This document shows, in pieces, positions 1 to 8,607 of a stretch of DNA of 64,000 nt. Origin of the DNA: Promethearchaeia archaeon (GTDB taxonomy: Archaea > Asgardarchaeota > Lokiarchaeia > Sigyniarchaeales > SOKP01); contig JAHQWJ010000014.1 in NCBI GenBank assembly GCA_029856125.1, forward strand, positions 1-64,000. Reading direction: 5' to 3'. How positions within the stretch are numbered: the first letter of the stretch is position 1; each line of letters opens with the position of its first letter. The translations under genes were made by a program, and so were the position numbers. Below the pieces are notes generated by a model that worked only from the letters and a program-made list of their open reading frames with translations, searched no databases and was not told the origin of the DNA.

Positions 1-142
1 TAATTTTGTTCAATTTTTTGACAAATACGAAGGAAAGGCTACTGCATTCGTATGCATTAATAAAACTTGTAAAGCACCTACAAACGATATACACATAGCT
101 TTAAAACACTTAAGTTCCAAAGTATAGATTTTTTTTTCTCAT

Positions 143-898
143 TTATAAAATTGGTCTTTTTCCTACAGGAGCAACTAGCACTACAAATTCATCTTTTCCA
201 TCTATTTCCAGCATAGCATCAAATTTCTTTTGCTCGTAATACCCAATCGCAACTGTTCCAAGATCTATCGCCTCGCAGGTAAGGTATAAGTTCTCGGACA
301 CATGTCCTAAATCTACAGCTATGAATTTATGGGCAAGAATAGTATATCGCCACTCAGTTCGGTAAGGTATAGCTACCCAACAGAATATTACTGCTCCTTT
401 TCCAACAAACTTTTGATCGTACGTTAATTCACTGATTTTCCTCTCAGCACCTTCAATATTTTTAATGAAAAACAGTTTGTGAGTAAAAGAAATATAACGA
501 TACAACCCGGGCTCAACCCCTTCCACTCTATTAATTACGAGATATGTCTCAAAGGGGCTTCTTGCTCCTGCAGATGGAACAGTTCGTAAAACACCAGTTT
601 TATCCTTAAAAGTCTTCTTCACTCCTTGTGTACACCAAAGTAAAAATGATAATTCTTCCAGATTAAGTGACTCATCTGTGTAATTTCTGCGACTTATCCT
701 TCTATTGACAACCTCTAAGAAAGGTTTTCCACCAATCTCAAATTCTTCAGGAGGTATTAAATCAATTAGTTTTGAATCTTGACCAAAATCTTTTTGGAAT
801 AAAGGAAAAGGTTTCTTCTTTTGCTCGTCTGATTCTGGAACCAACCTTTCATATTCATCTTTGTCAAAAAAATGTAAAAATCTTCGATTGCTTTCCAT
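143..898 (-). CDS. SagB/ThcOx-family nitroreductase-fold dehydrogenase
   Basis: RRISRRNY FMN-binding motif, RTVPSAGARSPFETY, DLGHVSENLYL. Confidence 0.88.
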   Translation of the reverse strand: MESNRRFLHFFDKDEYERLVPESDEQKKKPFPLFQKDFGQDSKLIDLIPPEEFEIGGKPFLEVVNRRISRRNYTDESLNLEELSFLLWCTQGVKKTFKDKTGVLRTVPSAGARSPFETYLVINRVEGVEPGLYRYISFTHKLFFIKNIEGAERKISELTYDQKFVGKGAVIFCWVAIPYRTEWRYTILAHKFIAVDLGHVSENLYLTCEAIDLGTVAIGYYEQKKFDAMLEIDGKDEFVVLVAPVGKRPIL

Positions 899-984
899 TT
901 ATTTTTTAACAATTCTTTCTAAATAAAACTATCATTTCTAATGTATTGATGAAATTCAAGTAAAATAGAACAAATAAAGAGATT

Positions 985-1353
985 TTAATTTATTTTAGAA
1001 GATACGAGATTTTCCATTTCAGTAGTCGTTGTTACCTTATCCATTTCTTCTTGCGAAATAAGTAACCTAAGAACGCCATCTTCTAATAAATAAGCAGAAG
1101 GATATTTTGCGTCTTGAACGTCGTAGTTTTCTAAAAATTCGTCTTTATGAAGAAATTCCGTATCAACTTCTAAGGTGTTAATAAAAGATTTCCACTCTTT
1201 TTTCGCTCCGAAAGTTCCAAAGGTGGTTTGACACAAATTACATTGATACGTGCTAGGTCTAAGAGCTTTATGCCAGAAGTCCTTTACGGTGTTTAATAAA
1301 CCTGAATCCGCATTATATATAAAAATTAATTTTTTTTTTTTTTTTTCGCTCAT
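985..1353 (-). CDS. Conserved hypothetical protein (YNADSG...YxCxLC motif)
   Basis: ORF; ATG at 1353 preceded by GGGTGA RBS; CNLC motif. Confidence 0.65.
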   Translation of the reverse strand: MSEKKKKKLIFIYNADSGLLNTVKDFWHKALRPSTYQCNLCQTTFGTFGAKKEWKSFINTLEVDTEFLHKDEFLENYDVQDAKYPSAYLLEDGVLRLLISQEEMDKVTTTTEMENLVSSKIN

Positions 1354-1558
1354 ACAAATCACCCGTGACAAGAAAAACTTATCTAAATATATAGAGCTTG
1401 ATTTGAGATTTTAATCTACTGATTATTATCTATAAATATTATGAAATGTGAGAGAAATTAGATAAGTAATTATCTAAAAAAATTGCTAAATTATTAGTTA
1501 AACAATAATATACTATTTTAGAATCATACTCTTAACTAGGCTTGCACCCCTCTCTTAA

Positions 1559-1936
1559 TTAAAACAGTTTTGTAATTTCTTCCATCCTTTTTCGGTTTAC
1601 TCCCATATCGCTATAACCCATTCTTGCTCGAGAGCGAAAATGGATAACTTTTTCTTTATCGTCAAAAAGAAATTCAACATCGTCGACAAACCTGAAAGTA
1701 GCAGTTCTAAATTCTATGTGAATGTAGTTTTCTTCATTTGTTATGATTTTAGATCTTTTTAACGAGTTTATTATGTCAATTATTTTAGCTTTAGCATCTT
1801 CAAGATCTCCAGAATAATTAATAGGTTCCATTTTTTGCTTTTCATCAATAGCTTGCGTAGAGACACAATTTGGAGATTTAGGACAAGGATGTAATTTTCC
1901 GTTTACAATTCCAATTGGTTTTTTTGATTTTGCCAT
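1559..1936 (-). CDS. DUF1499 domain protein
   Basis: CPKSPNCVS, FRFVDDVEF, RSRARMGYSDMGVNRKR signatures. Confidence 0.88.
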   Translation of the reverse strand: MAKSKKPIGIVNGKLHPCPKSPNCVSTQAIDEKQKMEPINYSGDLEDAKAKIIDIINSLKRSKIITNEENYIHIEFRTATFRFVDDVEFLFDDKEKVIHFRSRARMGYSDMGVNRKRMEEITKLF

Positions 1937-2042
1937 AAGACTTTCATCATTTAATCCATTATATTTATTTGGGTTTTAATCTATAGGACACGAGAAAAAG
2001 GAGCGCTAAGGAGGAGAAAATTGATTCTCCGTCTATTTCGAT

Positions 2043-3353
2043 TTAAACGCTAATAATTTCTTTTACAAGTTCGACAATACGAGCCTTATCGAAAACGGCT
2101 GTATTACCTGTTTTGTTAAATTGTACTATTTGATCGTGGTAGTGATCCTCAAATTGATTTAAAAAATATGCTAATCTCTCTTTTAAGCGTTGAGGAGCTG
2201 GTTTCGATAAAAATAACGCTATTTTTACGAACTTTCCATATACGGCATGTATATAAAACCCTTTGTAATTAATTTCATTCATTGAAGTAGTGCCTCCTAT
2301 TTCTGAAACAAAGGAGTCCATAGCTGACAAAAAGCCAGATACTAATTCTTGTTCCATAGGAAAATCTTCACTGGAATGTGAAATCATATTTAACCCAGAG
2401 TCTTTGTCTATTACCATTAGTGTTCTAAATGTGTCCTTAAACAGAGGCTTTATAGTTACTGCGTGGTCTTCTAGAATTAATGTCTCTTTTGGAAAAAGTT
2501 CAAACATGACAAAATTTTTGGGGTTATACGATTCTGATTCTTTAAATTTATATTTCGATATTTTAGCCAATCGTGAAGGTGCCCTTATCGGTTCGTGCGG
2601 TAATTTTTGAATAAAATCGTCTCTGATTGAAGTTTCGTGATTCTTCGATTTTTTACCTTTAAGAATACCTAGAACTTTTTGATGAATTGGGTCGATTACA
2701 TATAACCAGGTACTTAAGTTCTCCATATCACTCTTTAGTCGTTCGTAACCAATATTACACACGCCTCGAGGAGTTGTTACAAATACAGACCAAACTGCTA
2801 CTTTTGAAGCTTCATTAATTAGGTAAAATGTGTTCTTATAGTTTTCTTCGGTCATTTCTGCTCCTGTTCTAACAAAAACAGCTTCTGTTCTCAGGAACGG
2901 TTTTTTCTTAATTAAGTATAAGTCCAGCGAAAAATCTTTGATATCCACGGTATTATACACTGAAATTCCATAATCAGCACAATAATCAGCGAAGGCGTCT
3001 ATTAATTCTTGTTTTGAAATGAAATCAAATCTTGTTAAATAATCACTTAAAATATCGTCATTTAAAATGAAATTTCCGATGTAATCTATTGGAGTCTTAA
3101 ATTGTTTATGAAGAGTCGGACTTTTTTGGTATTGTTTATAGAAAAAAAAGCTAATATAATCAAGTAGTTCCAGTTTTGATAACTTTTGATTTTCTGGTAA
3201 AGGAATAGTATGCCTCTCCATAAAGGCATAAATTTCTTTAAACCTGGCTCTTACCATTAAACAGTTCAGACATAATATCCCTAATTTCCCTTCACTATCG
3301 CTTCTTATAATCCTTAAAATTTCTTCTGCGTCGGATAGATTTTCAGTGTTCAT
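2043..3353 (-). CDS. Hypothetical protein with C-terminal longin/roadblock-like domain
   Basis: C-terminal LMVIDKDSGL...LVSGFLSAMDSFVSEI pattern typical of Asgard longin-like domains. Confidence 0.6.
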   Translation of the reverse strand: MNTENLSDAEEILRIIRSDSEGKLGILCLNCLMVRARFKEIYAFMERHTIPLPENQKLSKLELLDYISFFFYKQYQKSPTLHKQFKTPIDYIGNFILNDDILSDYLTRFDFISKQELIDAFADYCADYGISVYNTVDIKDFSLDLYLIKKKPFLRTEAVFVRTGAEMTEENYKNTFYLINEASKVAVWSVFVTTPRGVCNIGYERLKSDMENLSTWLYVIDPIHQKVLGILKGKKSKNHETSIRDDFIQKLPHEPIRAPSRLAKISKYKFKESESYNPKNFVMFELFPKETLILEDHAVTIKPLFKDTFRTLMVIDKDSGLNMISHSSEDFPMEQELVSGFLSAMDSFVSEIGGTTSMNEINYKGFYIHAVYGKFVKIALFLSKPAPQRLKERLAYFLNQFEDHYHDQIVQFNKTGNTAVFDKARIVELVKEIISV

Positions 3354-3426
3354 TATTGATATTATTAGATGAATAAGTTTAAAATACTTTCATAATATCT
3401 TAAAAAAACAAATTAGATAGGAAAGC

Positions 3427-4056
3427 TTATTCTTTAAATAATTTACGTGCCTTTATCAACCGTAATATCGCAGTCGTAAATACCAGGCTAGAAAAAATCC
3501 ACAATAATATCAAACGCCAAGGAATTAAGATAATCATAGCCAAGAAAAAAAGAAAGGTCTCAGAACGCTCCATTAAACCAGTTTGGTATGTGATGACTTT
3601 AGATTTGTTTTCTACACTGTTTCTTTTAGTTATGCCCCCTACAATTAGAAACATAGAAATACAAAGGATAATAGCAGCTAATGAAAACATTCCTGCCCAT
3701 ATTAGATTCAGAGAATCTGATGCAACAAGCGAAATTATTATCGATATTTCGACTAAACGATCGCAAAAAATGTCTAATATACCACCAAATATAGTAGGGC
3801 CTTCATATCTTGCTACCGAGCCGTCTATGGTATCTATAAAAAAAGAAATTGAAACAATGCTAACGGAGATTATAATCATAAATATTAGGAGATCTTCAAA
3901 GAGACTGCTGAGATATATTAAAAACGAGCCTATGAGACCAAAAATTAGCCCAATTATAGTGAGTTGATTGGCCGAAATTTTACCGAGAAAAAATTTCCTC
4001 ACAAATTTCTCATACGCATCTTTAAATTTCGTCTTAGAAAGCCAGCTATCAATCAT
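3427..4056 (-). CDS. CDP-alcohol phosphatidyltransferase family protein
   Basis: DTIDGSVAR...GGILDIFCD fits DxxDGxxAR...GxxxDxxxD; multi-pass membrane protein. Confidence 0.9.
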   Translation of the reverse strand: MIDSWLSKTKFKDAYEKFVRKFFLGKISANQLTIIGLIFGLIGSFLIYLSSLFEDLLIFMIIISVSIVSISFFIDTIDGSVARYEGPTIFGGILDIFCDRLVEISIIISLVASDSLNLIWAGMFSLAAIILCISMFLIVGGITKRNSVENKSKVITYQTGLMERSETFLFFLAMIILIPWRLILLWIFSSLVFTTAILRLIKARKLFKE

Positions 4057-4311
4057 TATGAGATTTTTAAGATATACTTACTCCTATTAATCTTAATGAG
4101 TCTGCTGTTAAAAAAATTTATGTAAAAACATTTAATAATTCCTTGGAATTAATAGTAGATTGCTTCTTCAAGTGTTTTAGATCGATTCATCAAAAGTTGA
4201 AGAGTCCATTCATAGTTTAGCATTAAAAACTAATTATGTATCCTTACCTTGTTTTAATTAAGAACAAAAAAAACAAGAAAAAGAAAAATAATAAGAAGGA
4301 GGTAAAAGCTA

Positions 4312-4410
4312 ATGGAAAAATCCGACACAAAAGCGTTAAAAGCTCAATCGAACTACAATTCATTTGAACTTCAATACCTTAAATTTGCTTGCGAAATAAG
4401 CAAGGAATAA
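4312..4410 (+). CDS. Putative small protein, 32 aa (MEKSDTKALKAQSNYNSFELQYLKFACEISKE)
   Basis: Strong AAGGAGGT RBS 8 nt before ATG; T-rich tract after the stop; below the ORF-track size cutoff. Confidence 0.45.
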   Translation: MEKSDTKALKAQSNYNSFELQYLKFACEISKE

Positions 4411-4476
4411 ATTATTTTTTTTAAATTTTTTAAAATTATGAATACCAAAAACCCCCAATAAAAGAGGTTAATAAAA

Positions 4477-4548
4477 ATGGACAAGTATGAAAAAAGAAAA
4501 ATCATAATAAAAACACCTGACGCTTTTCTTGAGCGTATAGATTTCTAA
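4477..4548 (+). CDS. Putative small protein, 23 aa (MDKYEKRKIIIKTPDAFLERIDF)
   Basis: AGAGGT RBS 8 nt before ATG; stop overlaps the stop of the convergent HAD gene. Confidence 0.3.
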   Translation: MDKYEKRKIIIKTPDAFLERIDF

Positions 4549-5156
4549 TTCTGAGGAAGTACATAGAGTTTTTTCAATTCTTCTCTTAAATCAGTTTCAG
4601 GACGATTCCATATGGTTTTCATACCGAGTTTTTTTGCCGGCTTCAGGAAAAACAGGATATCATCGATAAAAAGGCTTTCTTCAGGAACTAAATTATACCG
4701 ACTTAGGAGAAGTTCGTAAATCGCTTTTTCTGGTTTAATTACTTTTTCAACTCCCGAAATTATCTGACCATTGAACAGAGAAAGGAAACTATATTTCGAA
4801 CTAACGTAACTAAATGCTTCTATAATATAGTTGGACAAAATATACGTTCTATAACCCAATTCCTTTAATTCTTCTAAAATCTTTATATTTTCTTCAATAG
4901 GGGCTAGCATGTCCATCCATTGATCAAAGAATTGCTCAATAAAATCTTTTTCCTGAGGATATTTAGATAGAAAAATAGTTCTGGCATTTTCTAAGGATTC
5001 TGTTCCCCGATCTAGCTCTAACCATGTCTTGCTCCGAGTGACTTTTGAAATAAATTGGTCGATATACTCTTTATCGTTGGTAAATCTTAGCAAGAATTCG
5101 TAAGGTTTGAAGTTTATTAAGACGTTTCCTAAATCAAATATGATGTTCTTTATCAT
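4545..5156 (-). CDS. HAD-family phosphatase
   Basis: IIFDLGNVL motif I, LSN, KPEKAIY, FIDD motif IV. Confidence 0.9.
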   Translation of the reverse strand: MIKNIIFDLGNVLINFKPYEFLLRFTNDKEYIDQFISKVTRSKTWLELDRGTESLENARTIFLSKYPQEKDFIEQFFDQWMDMLAPIEENIKILEELKELGYRTYILSNYIIEAFSYVSSKYSFLSLFNGQIISGVEKVIKPEKAIYELLLSRYNLVPEESLFIDDILFFLKPAKKLGMKTIWNRPETDLREELKKLYVLPQN

Positions 5157-5217
5157 TTTATAAATTATAATAATAAAAGAAGAAATAAAAGAATTGTAAT
5201 TTTATTTTGATGAATAC

Positions 5218-6057
5218 CTAATATTCATTAGGCATTTTTTTGAGTTCAGCGAGTGAAAAAACAGGACCATCGATGCAGACAAATTTCTCACCGATATTAC
5301 ATCTGCCGCATTTCCCAATTCCGCATTTCATTCGCATTTCTAATGAATTAAGAATCTTCTCGTCTTTCCAACCGATCTTAACTAACTCATCTACGGCAGT
5401 TCTTATCATAATAGGTGGTCCGCAAATAATTGCTACGGCATTATCTGGGGAAGGGGCAACTTCCTTGACTACAGCAGCTACAAAACCAACTTTTCGAGTC
5501 CAGCTTTCCTCTTCGCGATCTATAGTCAAAACTACGTTAATATCGTCTCGTTTTTCCCATTCTTCAAGAACATCTCGATAGAGAACTTCGCCTGAATCTC
5601 TGTTTCCATAAATTACCGTTATATCACCGTAATCTTTCCTATGTTTATCATCTAATACATATAACACGAGCGATCGTAGCGTAGAAAACGCAAAACCCCC
5701 TCCAATTACAACAATATTCTGTCCTTTTAACTCTTCCATAGGCCACCCGTTTCCCAACGGACCCCTTACACCAATTGTGTCTCCAATATCACTATTGTGA
5801 AAGGAAGAAGTCACGGTTCCCATTTTTTTGATCGTGAATTTGATCGTACCCTCTTCAGTGGGAGAAGAAGCAATTCCAATAGGACATTCTCCTTTACCAA
5901 TAATACTAATTTCTGCAAATTGACCGGGAATATAATCGAAGGCTTTATATTCTTCCTTCTTTTGAAATTCTAACTCGAGAGTTTTTATATCTCGGACTTC
6001 ATTTTCCGAAATAATAGATTTTACTCTCGTCAACATTGGAATATACGGATTAGGCAC
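5218..6057 (-). CDS. flxA: FAD/NAD-binding [2Fe-2S] subunit (FlxA / AsrB / PyrK-like)
   Basis: PGQF, RGPLGNG, IGGG, CGPP, MKCGIGKCGRC...CIDGPVF; likely GTG start at 6057 after a GGTGAG RBS. Confidence 0.8.
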   Translation of the reverse strand: MPNPYIPMLTRVKSIISENEVRDIKTLELEFQKKEEYKAFDYIPGQFAEISIIGKGECPIGIASSPTEEGTIKFTIKKMGTVTSSFHNSDIGDTIGVRGPLGNGWPMEELKGQNIVVIGGGFAFSTLRSLVLYVLDDKHRKDYGDITVIYGNRDSGEVLYRDVLEEWEKRDDINVVLTIDREEESWTRKVGFVAAVVKEVAPSPDNAVAIICGPPIMIRTAVDELVKIGWKDEKILNSLEMRMKCGIGKCGRCNIGEKFVCIDGPVFSLAELKKMPNEY

Positions 6058-7108
6058 TAACTTTCTCACCACTTTTTTCTTGAATCTCAAGTATTTTATC
6101 AATTATTAATCTGAGCTCGTTATTAACGGGGCAGGCGGTAATGCATCTTCCGCACCCCACACACCCTAAACAATCGTAGTTCGAGGGATAATAGCTAAAC
6201 TTGTGCATTATTCGATTTCGGCACCTTTGTATTTTAGCTGGGCGGGGGTTGTGACCGCTCGTTTCGAGCGTATAAAGACAGGATTGACAAGTATCCCAAA
6301 TTCTAATTCGTCTACCCCGATTATTATATTCGTCGTTTTCGTCGATAACATCAAAACAAGTACAAGTAGGGCATAGAAAAGTACACGAACTGCATCCGAT
6401 ACAGCTTTCGCTAATTTCTTGCCAGACCGGATGTTCGAAGTTTTCGTCTAATACTTTTGTTACTAAATCAAAATCAAATTTAGTCGTAAACGATTCCTCC
6501 GCTAGCTTTGCTAACTCTTTAGATTTTTCTACATCTGCTTTTTTAGCGTCAGCAAGCCAAGATAGCTTCTTCAAGAGGTTCTCTCCTTTTTCGCTTATGG
6601 CCTCTACTAAATATGTATCTCCTAAATCTGATAAGAATACATCTGTACTCTCTTTTTGAAAGGGATGACCACCTACAGACGTACAGAAGCACGATTGCCT
6701 CGGACTATTACAACCAATGCCGATAATAGTCGCATTTTCTCGTTTTTTTAGAAAAATATCGTCCTGAAAGTCGCCAGACGCAAAAAAGTCTTCTAATAAC
6801 TTAAAACTGTATGCATCGCAAGGTCTGACTCCAAAAATTATCAGTTTATCCTCGAGATCTTTTCTCTCTTCAATGATTACTTCTTTTCCTTCGTATCTGT
6901 ACTCAAAAATAGTTTCTTTTTGTGGAAATAGCACATCCTTCGGAGGAACCTTTGAATTCAAATAGTCCAATTCGATTTCTTCTGCATTAGAAATCTTTTT
7001 GAAAGCAATGTTACCTTTTACTTTAGTAGGAGCGTAAAATTTGTATTCTTTTTCTAGCTCGCTATAAAACTTACCAATGTCGTCTTTTTTCAATAATTTT
7101 TCTGCCAT
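6050..7108 (-). CDS. flxB: 4Fe-4S subunit (FlxB / AsrA-like)
   Basis: GVRPCD, CFC, CIGCSSCTFLCPTCTCF, CVGCGRCITACP. Confidence 0.8.
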   Translation of the reverse strand: MAEKLLKKDDIGKFYSELEKEYKFYAPTKVKGNIAFKKISNAEEIELDYLNSKVPPKDVLFPQKETIFEYRYEGKEVIIEERKDLEDKLIIFGVRPCDAYSFKLLEDFFASGDFQDDIFLKKRENATIIGIGCNSPRQSCFCTSVGGHPFQKESTDVFLSDLGDTYLVEAISEKGENLLKKLSWLADAKKADVEKSKELAKLAEESFTTKFDFDLVTKVLDENFEHPVWQEISESCIGCSSCTFLCPTCTCFDVIDENDEYNNRGRRIRIWDTCQSCLYTLETSGHNPRPAKIQRCRNRIMHKFSYYPSNYDCLGCVGCGRCITACPVNNELRLIIDKILEIQEKSGEKVSA

Positions 7109-7124
7109 ATCTTAACCACTTCTC

Positions 7125-8156
7125 TTAATCCTCTTCTAACATAAATTCTTGGGCATCTTCCATCTTGAAATCTACCATGGGTGGTAGCACATCTGGATCG
7201 AGCCCTGAAGTGAAATTAAATCGTTCTTTCACGATTTTTTCTAATTTTCTATTAATTTTATTTAAATCGATGCCCACAGGACAAACTAACGAGCACGCAC
7301 CGCACGCAACGCATCTTCCCGCCATGTGCATCGCCCGGATCAAGTGATAGACAAATACATCCGGTAAATCGGTTGTCTTCCCGAACCAAACCGGTTTGTT
7401 TTGATCAACAAAACAAAGATTACAGTAGCACATAGGACAGGCTTCTCGACACGCGTAGCATCGGGTACACACGCTTAATTCTTCAGTAATCTGGTTCCAT
7501 TTTTCTTCGGGAGTTAACGCTTCGAACTCGGCAATATCGCTAAAATCGTCTACGATGTTCGAATATTCTTCGCATTCGCCAACGCATAAGTCAGGCGCTT
7601 TAGAAACGAGAGGTGGTTTTCGAATTTTACATGTTTTGCATAAATCGTTCATGTATTCATCGAATGGAAACTCTTTTTCAAAGTCTTTTCCCTTAACAAT
7701 TACATTATTACCCGATACGGAGACTTCAAGAATCTCTTTTTCTCCAATTTCCATCTCAATCCGTTGCCTATTAACAACTCCGTTACACGGAATTCCGATA
7801 ATTTTTATCTCGTCTAATTTAATCTTATTTTCTGACGCTAAGTGAATTAAAGCTCTTCCTACACAGCCTTTAGAAACAACTCCTACCGTTAAGTTGCCTT
7901 TTTCGGAATCCACGAACTTTGGCACTCTAGGAACTAAGTATTTGGCTAAATTAACGTAACATAAATTGTTCCAAATCAACTTTTCGACATCTTCTTCGCT
8001 GTCGATTATAATTGGTTGGGAGAGCATGGGTAAAGTACCTTCCATATAACCAATAATCACATCAACTTTTTTATCCTTAAGTAATCCTCTTGCTATTTCT
8101 CTTAGATTAGTCTCAATATCCTTATTTTCTGTCTCAAGTCCCATAATCTTCACCAT
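7125..8156 (-). CDS. flxC: FrhB/FdhB-like 4Fe-4S subunit (FlxC)
   Basis: KGC, IGIPC, CTRCYACREACPMCYC, HMAGRCVACGACSLVCP; start may be ATG 8144. Confidence 0.78.
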   Translation of the reverse strand: MVKIMGLETENKDIETNLREIARGLLKDKKVDVIIGYMEGTLPMLSQPIIIDSEEDVEKLIWNNLCYVNLAKYLVPRVPKFVDSEKGNLTVGVVSKGCVGRALIHLASENKIKLDEIKIIGIPCNGVVNRQRIEMEIGEKEILEVSVSGNNVIVKGKDFEKEFPFDEYMNDLCKTCKIRKPPLVSKAPDLCVGECEEYSNIVDDFSDIAEFEALTPEEKWNQITEELSVCTRCYACREACPMCYCNLCFVDQNKPVWFGKTTDLPDVFVYHLIRAMHMAGRCVACGACSLVCPVGIDLNKINRKLEKIVKERFNFTSGLDPDVLPPMVDFKMEDAQEFMLEED

Positions 8157-8605
8157 TTCTTTTCAAATTTTGTGTTTGGACCCAATTTTTTTACGATTTC
8201 AGTTGCTTTTCGAACTAACACGGCAAAACGCTCGCCTTCTGCAGCAGAAGCCCACATAAAGTTAACTCTACCGGGTTCGATACCAAAAAATTCTAAAAGT
8301 TCTTTTAATATCGCAAATCTTCTACGAGCAACCAGATTTCCACTAATGTAATGGCAATCGCCAGGGTGACATCCAGAAATGAGAACCCCGTCCCAACCAT
8401 CAGTTAAACTTTTTATAATAAAATAAGCGTTAATCCTTCCAGAGCACGGGACCCTTACAATTCTAATGTTTGGGGGATATTGGATTCGACTTACTCCCGC
8501 TAAATCTGCTCCGGCGTAGGAGCACCAATTACATAGAAAAGCGATAATTTTTGGTTCCCATTCTTTATTTTCAGTTTGTTTTGTTTCTACTATTGGTTCT
8601 GTCAT
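8150..8605 (-). CDS. mvhD: [2Fe-2S] subunit MvhD/FlxD
   Basis: FLCNWCSYAGADLAG, RVPCSGR, GCHPGDCHY. Confidence 0.93.
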   Translation of the reverse strand: MTEPIVETKQTENKEWEPKIIAFLCNWCSYAGADLAGVSRIQYPPNIRIVRVPCSGRINAYFIIKSLTDGWDGVLISGCHPGDCHYISGNLVARRRFAILKELLEFFGIEPGRVNFMWASAAEGERFAVLVRKATEIVKKLGPNTKFEKKW

Positions 8606-8607
8606 TA

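Noticed and set aside
143-4548. SagB plus micro-ORFs as a RiPP (azole) cluster
   Set aside because: No YcaO, protease or exporter; the peptides are not Cys/Ser/Thr-core-like; stand-alone SagB homologues are common.
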